A stretch of DNA of 63,876 bases, filler included, from Reticulomyxa filosa (lineage: Eukaryota > Protista > Foraminifera), in assembly GCA_000512085.1 (NCBI GenBank). It is 18 parts of 18 records of this genome, joined end to end, with 100 filler letters (N's around TTAATTAATTAA, not from the genome) between each part and the next. Parts side by side here need not be neighbours in the genome. Positions count along the whole stretch, not along the records: positions 1 to 11,755 come from ASPP01042360.1; positions 11,856 to 14,591 come from ASPP01045569.1; 16 more parts are not named here. One strand, given 5' to 3'. Below the pieces are notes generated by a model, which was given only the letters and a program-made list of their open reading frames with translations, made no database searches and was not told the DNA's origin. A program made the position numbers and the translations under genes. Of the stretch, positions 1 through 12,286 are shown one piece after another (the stretch's first letter is position 1; each line of letters begins with the position of its first letter).

Positions 1-3000
1 AAAGAAACGAATGGTCAACCGCGCCACACCAAATGAGTTGGTGCAGAGAGGACTCACCCGAGAAGAATACCTGACCATGGACAAAAGCGAAGCTGATCAA
101 GCAGTCAAAGTGGCTCGTCAGCAAGCTGTTCGTTCACTGTCACGAAAACTAGACGAGTTGTATAACCCCTTCCAGCAATTGGAAACAATTGGAGTTGTAC
201 CTCAAGGATACTTTGAACAAAGAGTTTTGTTTTTTTTTGTTTTGTTTTGTTTGTAATCTTTACGCTTTTAGATTAGGAAAGAAAAAATACATTTGTTTGG
301 CAAAACAGGCAGAGGAAATCCGTTCCGGTCACCGAAGACAAGAAAGTGTAGTACAAGAATTGCATCAGAAACTAATAGAAAAACCCGAGTACGTTGACGT
401 GGTTGCCCAGGGAATTGTGGACCATTTGGAACCGGAAGAAGACGGAAATCCATCCGCGACCGACGGTGAAGGATGGCAGCCTGATGGATATGACGAACAA
501 AGCACGGATGAGTCAACGGATGATTCGGATGAAGAGCAACGGCGACGATTGGAAGAATTGGAACGCAGAATATCGAAACGACCAGCACAACAAGAGTTAA
601 TGCAAAAGCATATATTGTACTCGACCGAAATGGCGCCCGCCATTCAAAACAATGCCAAGGAGTTGCAACACGGATTGAAACGTCGAAAGTCGATTGATGA
701 TATCAAGGCTCTGGGAATTCTTCCAACACATCAACACGCAGCTGTGAATGGAGCAACACCGGGCAGTGACACACAAGAAGAAAGCCCAACCCATGCAAGG
801 TCAAACGAAACTAGCGCCCGAAAGAAACAAATCAAGGAACAACTGCAACATCAATTGAAACGTGAACGACGTCCGACTATGATGGACTTGGAGATTCGAG
901 GAGTGGTTCCACAAGGATATTTCGAAAGCGCAGAACAAGCAATTGCTTCGCAGAGACGTCGAAAGAAATCCGTTGTCGAAGATTTGAGAAAACACTTAGC
1001 AAAAAGACCCGACTATTCCAAAATGGTCGCAAAAGGATTGCTGGAAAAAGCTTTGGTATGTTGAATAAAACATTGTTGTATCTTGTATACGTAGGAGAAG
1101 AGAAACGGAAACTTTAACCCCCTTTTTTTTTTATTGTATTATTTATTATTATAATCGATTGCTTTTCTTTTTTTTTTTTTTTGAATGTCAGGTATACGAT
1201 GAGACCAAACAACGATTGGAGCAATTTGTGCAATCCTCAGCAAGCCCATCAACGACCGAAGCGGCTAGATTGGCGTTGCAAGAGAAAATGGAAAGGGACG
1301 GAAGACCCGATTACACGGAATTGCAAAGCAAAAATATTTTGAAGAAATCGTTCAATCCAACAGTGGACGCAATGGCCAATGCTTCGGTCAAAGCCGAGCT
1401 CGAAAGGCACGCCTTGGAACAAAACTTGAAGTATCAATTGGCCTCACGAAGAGAACCCCAAGATATGGTGGACTCTGGCTATCTGTATTATCCTGTAAAT
1501 GACGAGCGTGCTCCTTCTCCTGGATTGCATGGAGTTGCACGTGAACTGCAAGAAAGCTTGGAAGAAAGACCACCAGAGCAATTCTTAGTAAAAAAAGGAA
1601 TCATTCAAAAAGAGGTAGAGGATTGGTCTGTTGATCAATCGTCTGCCCGAGATAATTTGAATCAACGCTTGTCCATGAGACCGCCCAAATCAGACATGAC
1701 TTGGAAAGGTTTTATCCCTGCAGAATTTGCTCAACACGACGTACTGGTGGCGGAACAGCAACAAGAGCTAAAGAAAATCAAGACGAAACAAGTCTTGAAC
1801 AAAAAACTTGACACCACCAATCGTCCCACCCAAGATTGGCTGGAAGAAAGAGGCATTGTTCCACAAGGTGCCTTTGAGGACCCTGAACACGCAGAGAATC
1901 TGAAAAAGACACGAAGACAATCCCTCACTAGAGGCTTGGACTCGGCCATTCAACGTTCGCCCAAACCAGTTGATGTCAATACTCAAGGCCATGGCCAAAA
2001 TGAATCAAGTCCTGAGCCAGAGGTATTGCTCTTTTCTTGCAGACTTTGTATAAATAAACCAAAAAATAGTAATAATAATAATGTTATCGAATAATTTGTT
2101 ATTGATTGTTTCTGTTTTTTTTTTTTTTTGTTTCATTTAATTCAATTTTCTAACCAAAAAAATGTGGCTCTCAAATTTAATTTTTTTTTTTTTTTAATGT
2201 GTGTTTTGTTTTACAAATGTTGGTGTCCACGTTTGACGACAGCTACCAAAGCAAATAACTCCGTTTGTTTCACCATTTTCACGACAATCATTGCAAAAAA
2301 AGAAGAGCAATGCCGACAAAAACCCGACCAATCATTCGGCACGCTCTCCAAAGGAGTTTAATCCGACTGACGATGAAGATGCGGAAGCAGCTGAGACAAT
2401 ACAACCTGTCCGTCAATTCACGTACCAGACGAACCCACCCAAACCACAAATACCGCAATTAATTCACTCCGACGTACAAGAGCCATTTTTGGAAGTGGAT
2501 GTGTTGGTACCTGAACCAGAACTCAATTCCAACATCATTCGGTCGTCTCCGTTAGCCTTTATGAATGTGTTGGATGCTCTCAGAGAAATTTGCAATAACA
2601 ATATGTCCACCGCCACACAATATATGGAACAGATGAAAGAAAAAGCCAAAGTTTTTAACTCGTCTTTTTTTTTTTTTTTTTTTTTGAAAACAAGTAACTT
2701 TAATTTACCTTGATGTATGTATGTAAATATATCAGAAATTGTCGGAAATGAAGTCACTGCTCCAGAAAGTGGAGAAACATGGGTGGAATGGGTTGGAAAC
2801 CGAGTTTGAATCCTCAGGAGATGTAAATGCAGATTTGGGCAACTTGCAAAATGAAGTGTTGCGGTTGCAAACGGATCTGTTCCAATTGGACGAAGAGTGC
2901 AGGCCAATACACACAAAGATGAGACAAATTAACTCGATAGAAAATGACTTGGAAAAGTACCAAGATAACTACTTTTCGACGATGGCGCAGTTGCGTCGGG

Positions 3001-4477
3001 TGCACGGACGTATCCAACAAGTGTTGCAAGACCATCAAACCCAACGCGATAGCGCTATGACGGCCTTGGAAGCGACCGAGTTACAGCAAGCAGTTATGAA
3101 ATGCAAAATCAACGATAAAATTGCAGAGTCATTGATCAAAATCGACCGACTGCAACAACAGCTTCAAGAAGCCAAAGAACAAAGAATTGCAAGCCAATCT
3201 TATGCAACATCTCTTAGCGGTCTGTATACCTCGTACTTTGCTACGGCGCAAGACGAAAAAAAATTTGATCAGGATCACAAATCGCCAAAAGAATTGGAGT
3301 TGGAAGAGGAGGTGAATATGTGCAATAATTTCTTAACCGGTCTGAATGAATTTTTGAAAGGACTTAAAAAACTAAGAAAGGAACAAAGAAATCGAATTAC
3401 CCATTTGGAGGAAGTCACTAACCAATTGCACAATCAAAGAGCTTCCATTGCAGAAAAAATTGGGAATTTTGAACAAGAAGCTATTCAAAAGTTGCATAAG
3501 CTTCATTGCGAATTTATTAGTCCATCACAACAATCACTTCAAAATAATCTGCAGTATCAATCGATCCTTCAGTTTGGTTTTATTTTATTTTATTTTATTT
3601 TGTTCGAAATCAATCAGTATTATTTTTTTTTTTTTCTTGTCGATAATAGAGAAAAGGAGGAGGAAGAAATTAAAACGAATCGTCCTGCTCTATCTCTTGA
3701 GAATGTCCTAAGAAAACGGGTAAACCGAATGAACCAAGTGTACAAGAAATTGCGTGATTTAGAGAACAGAGCAATGACAACCGGAAGTCGAGAGTATTTA
3801 CGTGGACTTACTGAAATCCGTGAATTACAAGTAATCATGTCCAATCAATATTTAAAATTCTTTTTCACAGACTTTGTCACTAAGGCCAATCAAATTTTTC
3901 ATGATTTACAATTAGCGTCCATCGCGATTTTAGAACAAACTGCCGGTTAGATAAAATATATGCAACACTTTTCATCAAGAGAAAAATAAAATAAAATGTG
4001 CCTTGCATTATAGGTCCAGACGACAATGTGATCCTGGAATTGGCAGGTGTTAAAACGCTAATCCGCGTGTTGGAACGCAATAAACGTGAGATTCATTTGG
4101 CTCAGGATATTGAAGAAACGATGCGGTTTATGGAAGCAATGCCTGACCGCGAGATAGTGATCATGCATGTTGCACGTCATTTGGCATTATCCATGCCTTA
4201 CAAGCATTTCATTACTGGAAAGTATCGTCCTGCAAGTATGATGCCATCCCTGCCGGCAAATGACAATCGTGACATCACCAATCCTTATGTCGTACTCGAA
4301 CTTTTTGTGACAAAATTATTGGAAGAGTGGATTGGTTCCGTTTGCAACACTTTTGGCAAAACCACCACTACCAATGTGAAAGCAGCACTAGAGGATGATG
4401 TAATTGCCCAAGTCAGACCATCCAATGCAGCAAGACTCGTTGTAAATTGCGTGTGGGGATTGGATGGTAGTCTGTGA
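1..4477 (+). CDS. Multi-exon protein with about 12-13 RPEL-like (G-actin-binding) repeats followed by a long coiled-coil region; probably 5' partial
   Basis: ORFs 11-256, 189-1064, 1159-2094, 2291-2713, 2739-3950 and 3998-4477 appear to be exons of one gene. In-frame GT-AG introns were checked at 224-308, 1056-1191 and 2023-2242. Repeats of the form Lxx(K/R)(L/I)xxRPxxxELxx(K/R)(G/N)I(L/V), e.g. LERRISKRPAQQELMQKHIL, LQESLEERPPEQFLVKKGII, LNQRLSMRPPKSDMTWKGFI. Confidence 0.8.
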
Positions 4478-4878
4478 AAACAAAACTAACAAAAACAAAA
4501 GGTTGTGCAACAAATTTTTTTTCCAGGGTATTTCTCATGTTTGAGGACTGTGCAGTTTTGAATTGTAAAACAGTTTGTTGATGTTATCTTTTGTTAATTG
4601 TTTTTTCTTTTGTGATGCAGCCTTTTGCTAATGATGTCTTTATTGTGGGTGTGTACCTTTCCGCAATTTTTCTTTCGAACAAAAATTTTTTTCTTGTTGT
4701 ATTGTTGTGACATATGAGCCTTCAACTTACAAAAAATGCAGAAAAATAATCAGTTGTAAACAAATTAATAAATAATTTTTTTCGTACACTCACAGATTCG
4801 AAAAACATTGTAAAAAGTAGAAAGGAAATCACAATATGCAACTTCGACACAAATTAAAACAATCCTCAAAAGTCTAAT

Positions 4879-6429
4879 TCATTGGCTCGGAAAGCCGTAT
4901 TTTTGCTGGTACAATCGCCGATTTTTCAGGATTTCATCGTACATATGTTTTTTCAATCGTTTGTCAGACTTCATGTCAACATCATCTTCATAGGAAAAAT
5001 CAAATTTTTTCAAAGATATATGCTCTTTGGATGAATTGCGAAATCGTTCAAAAAATTTGCTACTTAGTGCTTCGGTTATTGTCAACCTTGACTCCGGAAT
5101 GATGTGTAAAATTCCACGAAGTAACAATTTGCCGGATTCGTTAACTGATGACCGATGATTAGCAGTAGCACTACTTCCTAAAATCTTAGTCCATAAATCT
5201 ATATTATTTTCAGCACGTTTGTTGTTCTCAATTAATTGCTGCATAAATTCTTTAGCTTTGCGGTTTTTCACCCATAACAATTTGTCTGCTGAGTCCACTT
5301 GTTCTTTTCCTAAATTTTTCATGATTATTTCCAACTGTTCCACATCTTTAATTTTTTTTGATTTTACATTCGTACACGTGCATTGGAAAGGTATAGCGTT
5401 AAATGACAAACATGAAATCGATGCTTAACAATTTTTGCCCTTGAAAAGAGGTGTCTTTGTGATTAATTCGGCAAAAACACAGCCCAACGACCACACATCC
5501 ACCGAGTAATCATAATGCCGGTTTCCCAGCATAATCTCAGGTGCACGATACCATCTTGTAACAACATATTCCGTCATCTCGTCTGTGTTCCATTCGTAAG
5601 GTCGTGACAAGCCAAAGTCGCAAATTTTTAAGTGGCAATCTTTCAAATTGATTAACAAATTACTCGGTTTAATATCTCGATGGATTATACCAGCACTATG
5701 AATATAATTTAGTCCACACAACAATTGATACATAAAATATGTGATGTGATCCTCGTTAATTTTGCAGCTTTTGTTTTCGTCACGCAATATTTTATGTAAG
5801 TCGGTGTCCATGTATGGAAGCACCATGTAAACATCTTTCAATGTGTTGCTGTTGTCGCTTTCGTCAGCTGCGTTTTCGGGAGGTATCATATCAAGTAACC
5901 GTATGACATTAGTATGTGTAAAGTGTGATAGCATCTTCACTTCACGCAAAGTTCTCTTTCCGTCAATCAAGTCAGCGAATGCATCACTTATTTTTTTGAT
6001 GGCCACTTTGCGGTTAATGTGAACATTTGTTGCTACACAAACCTGACCATAGGCTCCAGATCCAACAATCACTTGATTGGGATTTGCAACGTCCACAGCA
6101 TAATGGGTATCCAGTACATAGCGTTTTCCATTGACAAATCTTGTATGAGTTTTACCGATAAGAGGCGTTAAGTTTTTTTTATTTCCATTTGTATTATCAA
6201 AGTTCTCACTTTTATTTTTGCTGCTACTTTTCAAGTTATTTGTATTAATATTTTCTGTTGAAACGTTTTCGCGATCTTCCTCCTTGCACTCTTTTGCAAC
6301 AACACATTTTTCTCTTGTTCTTTCTTTCGATGTGGTCATGGAAGCTGTCTTTACATCAGCATTTATTGCTGTTTTGTAATAAGAGCCAATGTGACTGACT
6401 TTGGGACTGCAAAGATGCGCCGAGAACAT
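4879..6429 (-). CDS. Mitogen-activated protein kinase (TEY type), 2 exons
   Basis: GSGAYG, VAIKK, HRDIKPSN, DFG and TEYVVTRWYRAPE motifs. An 84-nt GT-AG intron at 5346-5429 joins ...FKGKNY-VEQLEIIMKNLG. Confidence 0.93.
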
Positions 6430-7060
6430 TTTTGTGAAAAGAAAACAGAGAACTAGCGAAGAAGGAACAAGTGCAAGGAAAATTATATTTCAAAAAATTT
6501 CTTTGTGACTAAAAAAAATTCCAATGACGTTAGTTTTCACGTCAAAACACAACAAAAAACAGATTTGCAAAGTAGTTCTCCCCTTTCGTTCATCTTAGCA
6601 TTAGTTTTTGCTCTTCATTCGGTTTCCTTGTAAACTTTACTGGACGTATCGAATAGCTTAATGCTTAAAACATAGAATAAAAAGCATTTTTTGTAACTTT
6701 CCTGCTTTAAGGCTTTTTTCAGTTGTCCACGATTCTAGTTTTTTCATTTTGAGAAGACCACTCTCACAAAAAGCTAAAACTTATCGTAAGTGTTGTACAA
6801 ATTATTGATTGATATTGGAAACATGGAAAAAGTTCAACAACTTGGTATGCAAGTTGAAAAATACTTGTTGGCAAAAAATTAAAAAAGATAGAAATGATGA
6901 CCTAAAAAATCACGCCAAACAGCACCATTCTCAAATTTGCTCGGAAAAAATGGTCGCAACGGAAACATGAAAAATCGAAAACATGATGAGAAACAGTGCA
7001 AATTCGTTTGGCAAGTTTTGTTTCAAAAATGTTTTTAAATCTCCCTCTCGCCTTTTTTTT

Positions 7061-9188
7061 TTAAGATTGTTGTTGATCAATAGCTTCAAGATTTTCAGTC
7101 AAATCTACTTCTTTGCCAGTCAATGTCTTGAACATTGACATAACCTCGCGAGAGGCAGCTTGAAAATGAGTAGTAGCGTCCATAGAAGAGCAGATGAACA
7201 CTCCATCTGTACCGACCTCTTTGGCAGAATCATAGGTGTCATTAACCAGGAAGAAATCTTTCACGACTTTTCCTAGCAATTGATACGCAGGTGCTAATTC
7301 TTTTTTTGGATTGTTTGTGTACACTTGAGAGGATATCATTGCCAAGTAACGATCTTTGGGTGCCACTGACAATGCACTGGACATTACACTAATGTAAATA
7401 TCGGATTTGTGGCCTGTCTGTTGTAGTCAATATATCGTTGTTGTTTTCGCATTAAATCTACCATTCTTGCCCTCTTCCAATAACGTTTTATATACAACAT
7501 TTCAAAAAATTATTATTATAAAAAAAAAAATTAAACTTGTTTGCATGGTAAAATGATTTGTGCCGATTGTGCTGTGCCAGTGCCTTGAACAGGATGATCC
7601 AAGATGCACAACCATCGAGCCACAGATCCTGTTTTTTTAATTCGATCTGTGCCAACGAAATAGCTTGGATCGGCAATCAAATATTTGCATTTGGCAGTCT
7701 ATTTTTATTGTAACATTGGTCCCTCCCATAGAACCGGCTGTGGAGTAGAAGGGAAAACGTATACGTAACTCCTTCAATCTTTCCTTCATGTTTTGCCGTG
7801 ACCCCGGTGACATATCCTTTGTCATCGTAATGAATTTCCACAATTTCTCTTCGGAGCATATACACACCTCCATGAACTGCGGCCAATCGTGAAAAGCCTT
7901 CCGGCAAGCCACCCAATCCCCACATTGGATAAATGTAGGGTGATTTTTCAAATCGATTCAACGAAAACGCGTAGAGCTTTAGTCGTTCAATGCACGGTGC
8001 AACCTCGTTTGGATCATCCATGTACGAGTCATCTTTTATTGTGAGAGAGGAAGGGGGAGGGAGGGGGGAAAAAAAAATAGATAATAAAAATATGAAAAAA
8101 AAACATTGCAACATTTAATTTTAATCCTGTTTTTTAATAAAAAAAAAAAAAGGAAAGTATCAATTACCAGTGTATAACGCAACAGCGTGTCCGGTAAATG
8201 CTTGTGTATTTTCATCACAACCAAAGTATGAATAGATGTCACGCATTGTCGTCTTTTTCAAATCAATTTCTAATTGTTATTTGTTGTCATCATCTTTTTG
8301 TTTTTTTTTTGTTTTGCCCCTGAAAAGGAGAAAAACCTCAAAAAAAAACTGAACTTCCCCATGTCTTTGAGTCATTTGGTTCAACATCCAAAACCCATTG
8401 TAAAAACGCTTTGTATTTTCGCTTTTGCAAAAAGCCCATCAAAGAGGAACTTAAAGCTGCTGTTGGAGTCATTGGCACCTTTCACGAGCGCCACGTTCAC
8501 CGTATACACACAATTACCATTAAAAAAAAAAAGTTTTCAAAAATTAAGTTTAATTTTTTAAATAATTTTTTTTTAAAAAAAAGTTCAAAAAAAAAAAAAG
8601 GGTTTAAGTATTGCACACAAATTTTCTTGTTAACTTCGAACAACTTGCCGTCTTTGAACACGTAGGATCCATCAACATGTCGGAACTCCAAGTAACGTGT
8701 CACTTTGGTGTGCAACAACATCTTCACCAAGTTTTCACATCCCATGATGAATTTGGGACATAAATCAATACTATAATTTCTTACTTGATCCCAGTTCCTT
8801 CTCGTCTATTTTTTCATCGCTGCCTTCCACTTTTTTGTACAATTGCTTTAAGTTTAACGATGCACTTTCTGCTCCGTAGTAACTGTTTTTTTTTAGTTAG
8901 AAAAATTTTTAAATTTCTCACCCCCCCCTCTCGTTCGTACCCCCTTCCACGAATACTTTTGTCCATTTCACAAGTATGCACAGTATGACAAAGCTTTTTA
9001 GAGATGCTCAACTCATTGCGGTCCAAATGCAGCACCTTTTTCCCAGAAACCGACAACAGTCCACTCAAAATACACTCTTTCAATCCGGTTCCCAAAACAA
9101 TTACGTCTACATAAAAAAAAGGAAAAAAGACAAATAAAAATCATGGCAAGATAAAGAAAAATGACGAAATACCGTAGCTCTCGTCCAT
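7061..9188 (-). CDS. GDI1: Rab GDP-dissociation inhibitor, multi-exon
   Basis: Spliced reading: [96 protein letters not shown]. One apparent 1-bp insertion near 8780. Confidence 0.93.
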
Positions 9189-10549
9189 ATTATTACTTTA
9201 CTTTGCTTCAAAAAAACTTGCGTTGCTGATTAAACTAGAAAATTTATGAACTTTTTTAACAACACTGCCCTTTTCCAAGACTTGATGTCTATTTTCAAGT
9301 GAATCTTTGAAATTAAAAATGCCATACTGTTATTCCTTTTTTTCGTGTGCATGTTCAAAATTTTGACTATTTCACAGTATCATATCGAATCCAAAAAAAC
9401 ATGTAATTTAATTCCAAATATGACTTATCACAAAATAAGCATTGAAAATATGCTTTTTAGCATAGGCCAGTTTTTGTTGTATTGACTGAATTGCCATCAA
9501 ACGTGTTGAAATAATTTACTTTTTTCATGAACAACATTTAATTCAAATTTTTTTAATGATATGCTTTTTATTATTTGTTACTGTTACTGTTTTATATTTA
9601 AAAATAAACAATTACGTTTGATCAATGAAGATGATGGAAATTAATTTTAATTAGATTAAAATTTGCATACATATGGTAATTATTGAATGTAAGATAATAT
9701 TTTTAAAGTTTTTATTATAATAATGGAACATATAAAAATTTAAATTCAAATGACTCATAAATATGCAAAAACATATTTTTTAAAACAAAAAGAAAAAGTG
9801 TGCCAAAAGTGAGTTATAAAATCCAAGACAACCAAGAGAAAAGTGAACATAATAAATTTTTTCCATAAAGGACGCTCTTTTACATTTAGAAAAACATTAC
9901 AAAGATATTTGGACAAATTTGATTGGAAATTTATTCAGAATTTTGATAGTTCTCATGCAAATATGCTATGTTGCAAAATAATAACAGTGGTGAGGAAGTT
10001 GACTAGCTTGTCTAGACTGAAATGTTAATTGTAATACGAATAGTTGCTCTTTGAGCAATCTTTCAAAAACAAATTAGTTTAAATAAAAGAAGAATATAAA
10101 CAACAACAAGAGAATAAGAGAGGTTGGAAGAAAAGGTAAGTTGTTGTAAAAAAGGGGTTTCCTGAGTTACACAGGAACTTCCCTTTATACTGTTAGGACC
10201 TTGCCCTACAGTGGTAATAGAAAATGAATGTATATTTTTGTTTTTTTTTCTTTTGATGCCCCTGACAAATTTGAAACAAAATGACATAAAAAATTTCAAT
10301 TTTGACTTGTTATGAAAGAGGTTATTTATCAATCAAGAATGGCTTGCAAAACCTCGTTTTTTACACTCTGTTGGCACAAACCATATTGTGTTGATTGTCA
10401 GGTATTGATCCCTCAATACAGGCAAAAAGTTTGTCTAAACAAGTAAATCAATTATGAATAGTGTATTCGATTACTATGCCCAAGTCGAACGCAGTCCAAT
10501 CGACGAAATCAACATTCTCACTCACAATGCTCAATGTCAACAACAATTT

Positions 10550-11704
10550 TCAAAGTTCTAAAATTGCTTGAATCAGGCGTGTAATTTCCGTCTTGTTCCC
10601 CGAAAATTCGAATTGTTGTTTGTAAGTGGGTTGTATAGCAATACCATTCAAAGAGATCGAGTTCTGCGTCGAATGAAAAGCCACAAACTTTTTTGAGGTA
10701 ACGTGTGTTTGCTCAGAGGCATCTTCATTTTGTGTAGTTTCATCAAGCCATTCCCGAGTAGAGCCACACAAGAATTGCAAGATAGTTTGGCTCATCCAAT
10801 CATCACATATACTATGAAGATATCGAACAACGAAATAGCGATGAAAAGCCGTTTCTAAATTGACTAAATAAAGATGTTCATTGAAGTCAAAATTAAGCCG
10901 ACGGGGATAGGAATCATCCAGTTTATAAGCAAGAATCTCCTTTTCTGCGTTATGTGCCCAGATACAATGTTGATTAATCTGTACTACAATATTTTGAAAA
11001 TGCAACGATATGACGACAGTGGTTAGTACAGCAAAAAGTGCATGGCTCACCGCAAGACAAAGGAAAATGTCCCAACCTTGAGATTCCGTTTTCCAAATAG
11101 AGCTATGTGCAATTAAGGAATGTATATCATAAGCAAACCAAAATGTACAACTTTCACCAACCAAAAGTAAGGCCAAGAATATCAAATATCCAAACAAGGT
11201 CATCGTCCAATACTTTGGAAAGATATCTTTTAAAATAAGCGCATCATGGGATACATGATCAGTGTTTCCTGTTGTTTTGGTTAAATTATTCGCTTCCTTG
11301 GATATATCACACACATAATCGAGTGAGTGCCATAAGGATAAGCCATTCAATCTTCCCACCAGATTTGTATTGAATTCGAGCATCCTCTTTACCAGCATAT
11401 ATTTACCCACATCTTTAAACAGAGCTGATATGTGTCTCTGTTTTTCTCTTATATTTCTCCCTTCATCTTGTGTCTCTTTTTTTTTACCTCCCCATAATCC
11501 TTGTTCGACTATTACTTCATATTTCATGTGCTCAATGCATACTGCATATTGGAGACTTGTCAATTTGGAAAAATATATAATTGTCGTAAGTGAAAATCTT
11601 GTTCTCAATACTAATTCCATCCACAGAAAAGATAAAAGCAGTGGGCAAAGACAAAACGTCCCTACAAAAATTCCTATTGATAGAATCATCATCCCTGGAA
11701 TCAC
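10550..11704 (-). CDS. Hypothetical multi-pass membrane protein, 5' end cut by contig edge
   Basis: 384-aa ORF with several hydrophobic segments; no family recognised. Confidence 0.6.
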   Translation of the reverse strand: MIPGMMILSIGIFVGTFCLCPLLLSFLWMELVLRTRFSLTTIIYFSKLTSLQYAVCIEHMKYEVIVEQGLWGGKKKETQDEGRNIREKQRHISALFKDVGKYMLVKRMLEFNTNLVGRLNGLSLWHSLDYVCDISKEANNLTKTTGNTDHVSHDALILKDIFPKYWTMTLFGYLIFLALLLVGESCTFWFAYDIHSLIAHSSIWKTESQGWDIFLCLAVSHALFAVLTTVVISLHFQNIVVQINQHCIWAHNAEKEILAYKLDDSYPRRLNFDFNEHLYLVNLETAFHRYFVVRYLHSICDDWMSQTILQFLCGSTREWLDETTQNEDASEQTHVTSKKFVAFHSTQNSISLNGIAIQPTYKQQFEFSGNKTEITRLIQAILEL

Positions 11705-11710
11705 GCAACC

Positions 11711-11746
<36 letters not shown>

Positions 11747-11755
11747 AAGGGGGGG

Positions 11756-11855
11756 NNNNNNNNNNNNNNNNNNNNNNNNNNNNNNNNNNNNNNNNNNNNT
11801 TAATTAATTAANNNNNNNNNNNNNNNNNNNNNNNNNNNNNNNNNNNNNNNNNNNN
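11756..11855. other. Artificial contig spacer (first of 17)
   Basis: 44 N + TTAATTAATTAA (stops in all six frames) + 44 N. The same spacer occurs at 14592-14691, 19318-19417, 21144-21243, 24921-25020, 28322-28421, 34524-34623, 37251-37350, 41161-41260, 42668-42767, 46746-46845, 49051-49150, 57494-57593, 58765-58864, 59991-60090, 61349-61448 and 62670-62769. Confidence 0.99.
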
Positions 11856-12286
11856 GCAGCAAAAATATGTCTGCAATTAAAGGTTGCCACACTAAACCTG
11901 AGCTAATCATACGAAAAGCTCTTCACAAAGAGGGTTTTCGCTACCGCATTCATGTCAAAGATTTACCAGGAAAGCCAGACCTTGTTTCCACACGTTATAA
12001 AGCTGTACTATTTATAAATGGCTGCTTCTGGCATAAACACGATTGTCATCTTTTTAAATGGCCAAAAACCAGGCAGTATTTCTGGGAGAAAAAAATTTTT
12101 GGTAATGTTGAAAATGATAAGAAGAAAATGTCTATATTGACTGAAACTGGTTGGAGAGTTGGCGTTGTCTGGGAATGTGCTATAAAAGGGAAAAGTAGAA
12201 CTTCAGAAAACGTCATTATACAATCTATTATTGGGTGGCTAAAATCCAAACAGAAAACAATTGAGATACAAGGATCAAGCGCGTGA
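11856..12286 (+). CDS. vsr: Very-short-patch repair endonuclease (bacterial), 5' truncated at contig edge
   Basis: (R)SKNMSAIKGCHTKPE..., LPGKPDLV, FINGCFWHKHDC, PKTRQYFWEKKIFGNVEND, GWRVGVVWECAIKG. The frame is open to the contig start. Confidence 0.95.

Noticed and set aside
5346-5429. MAPK split into two ORFs as a pseudogene or stop read-through
   Set aside because: Explained by an ordinary 84-nt GT-AG intron.
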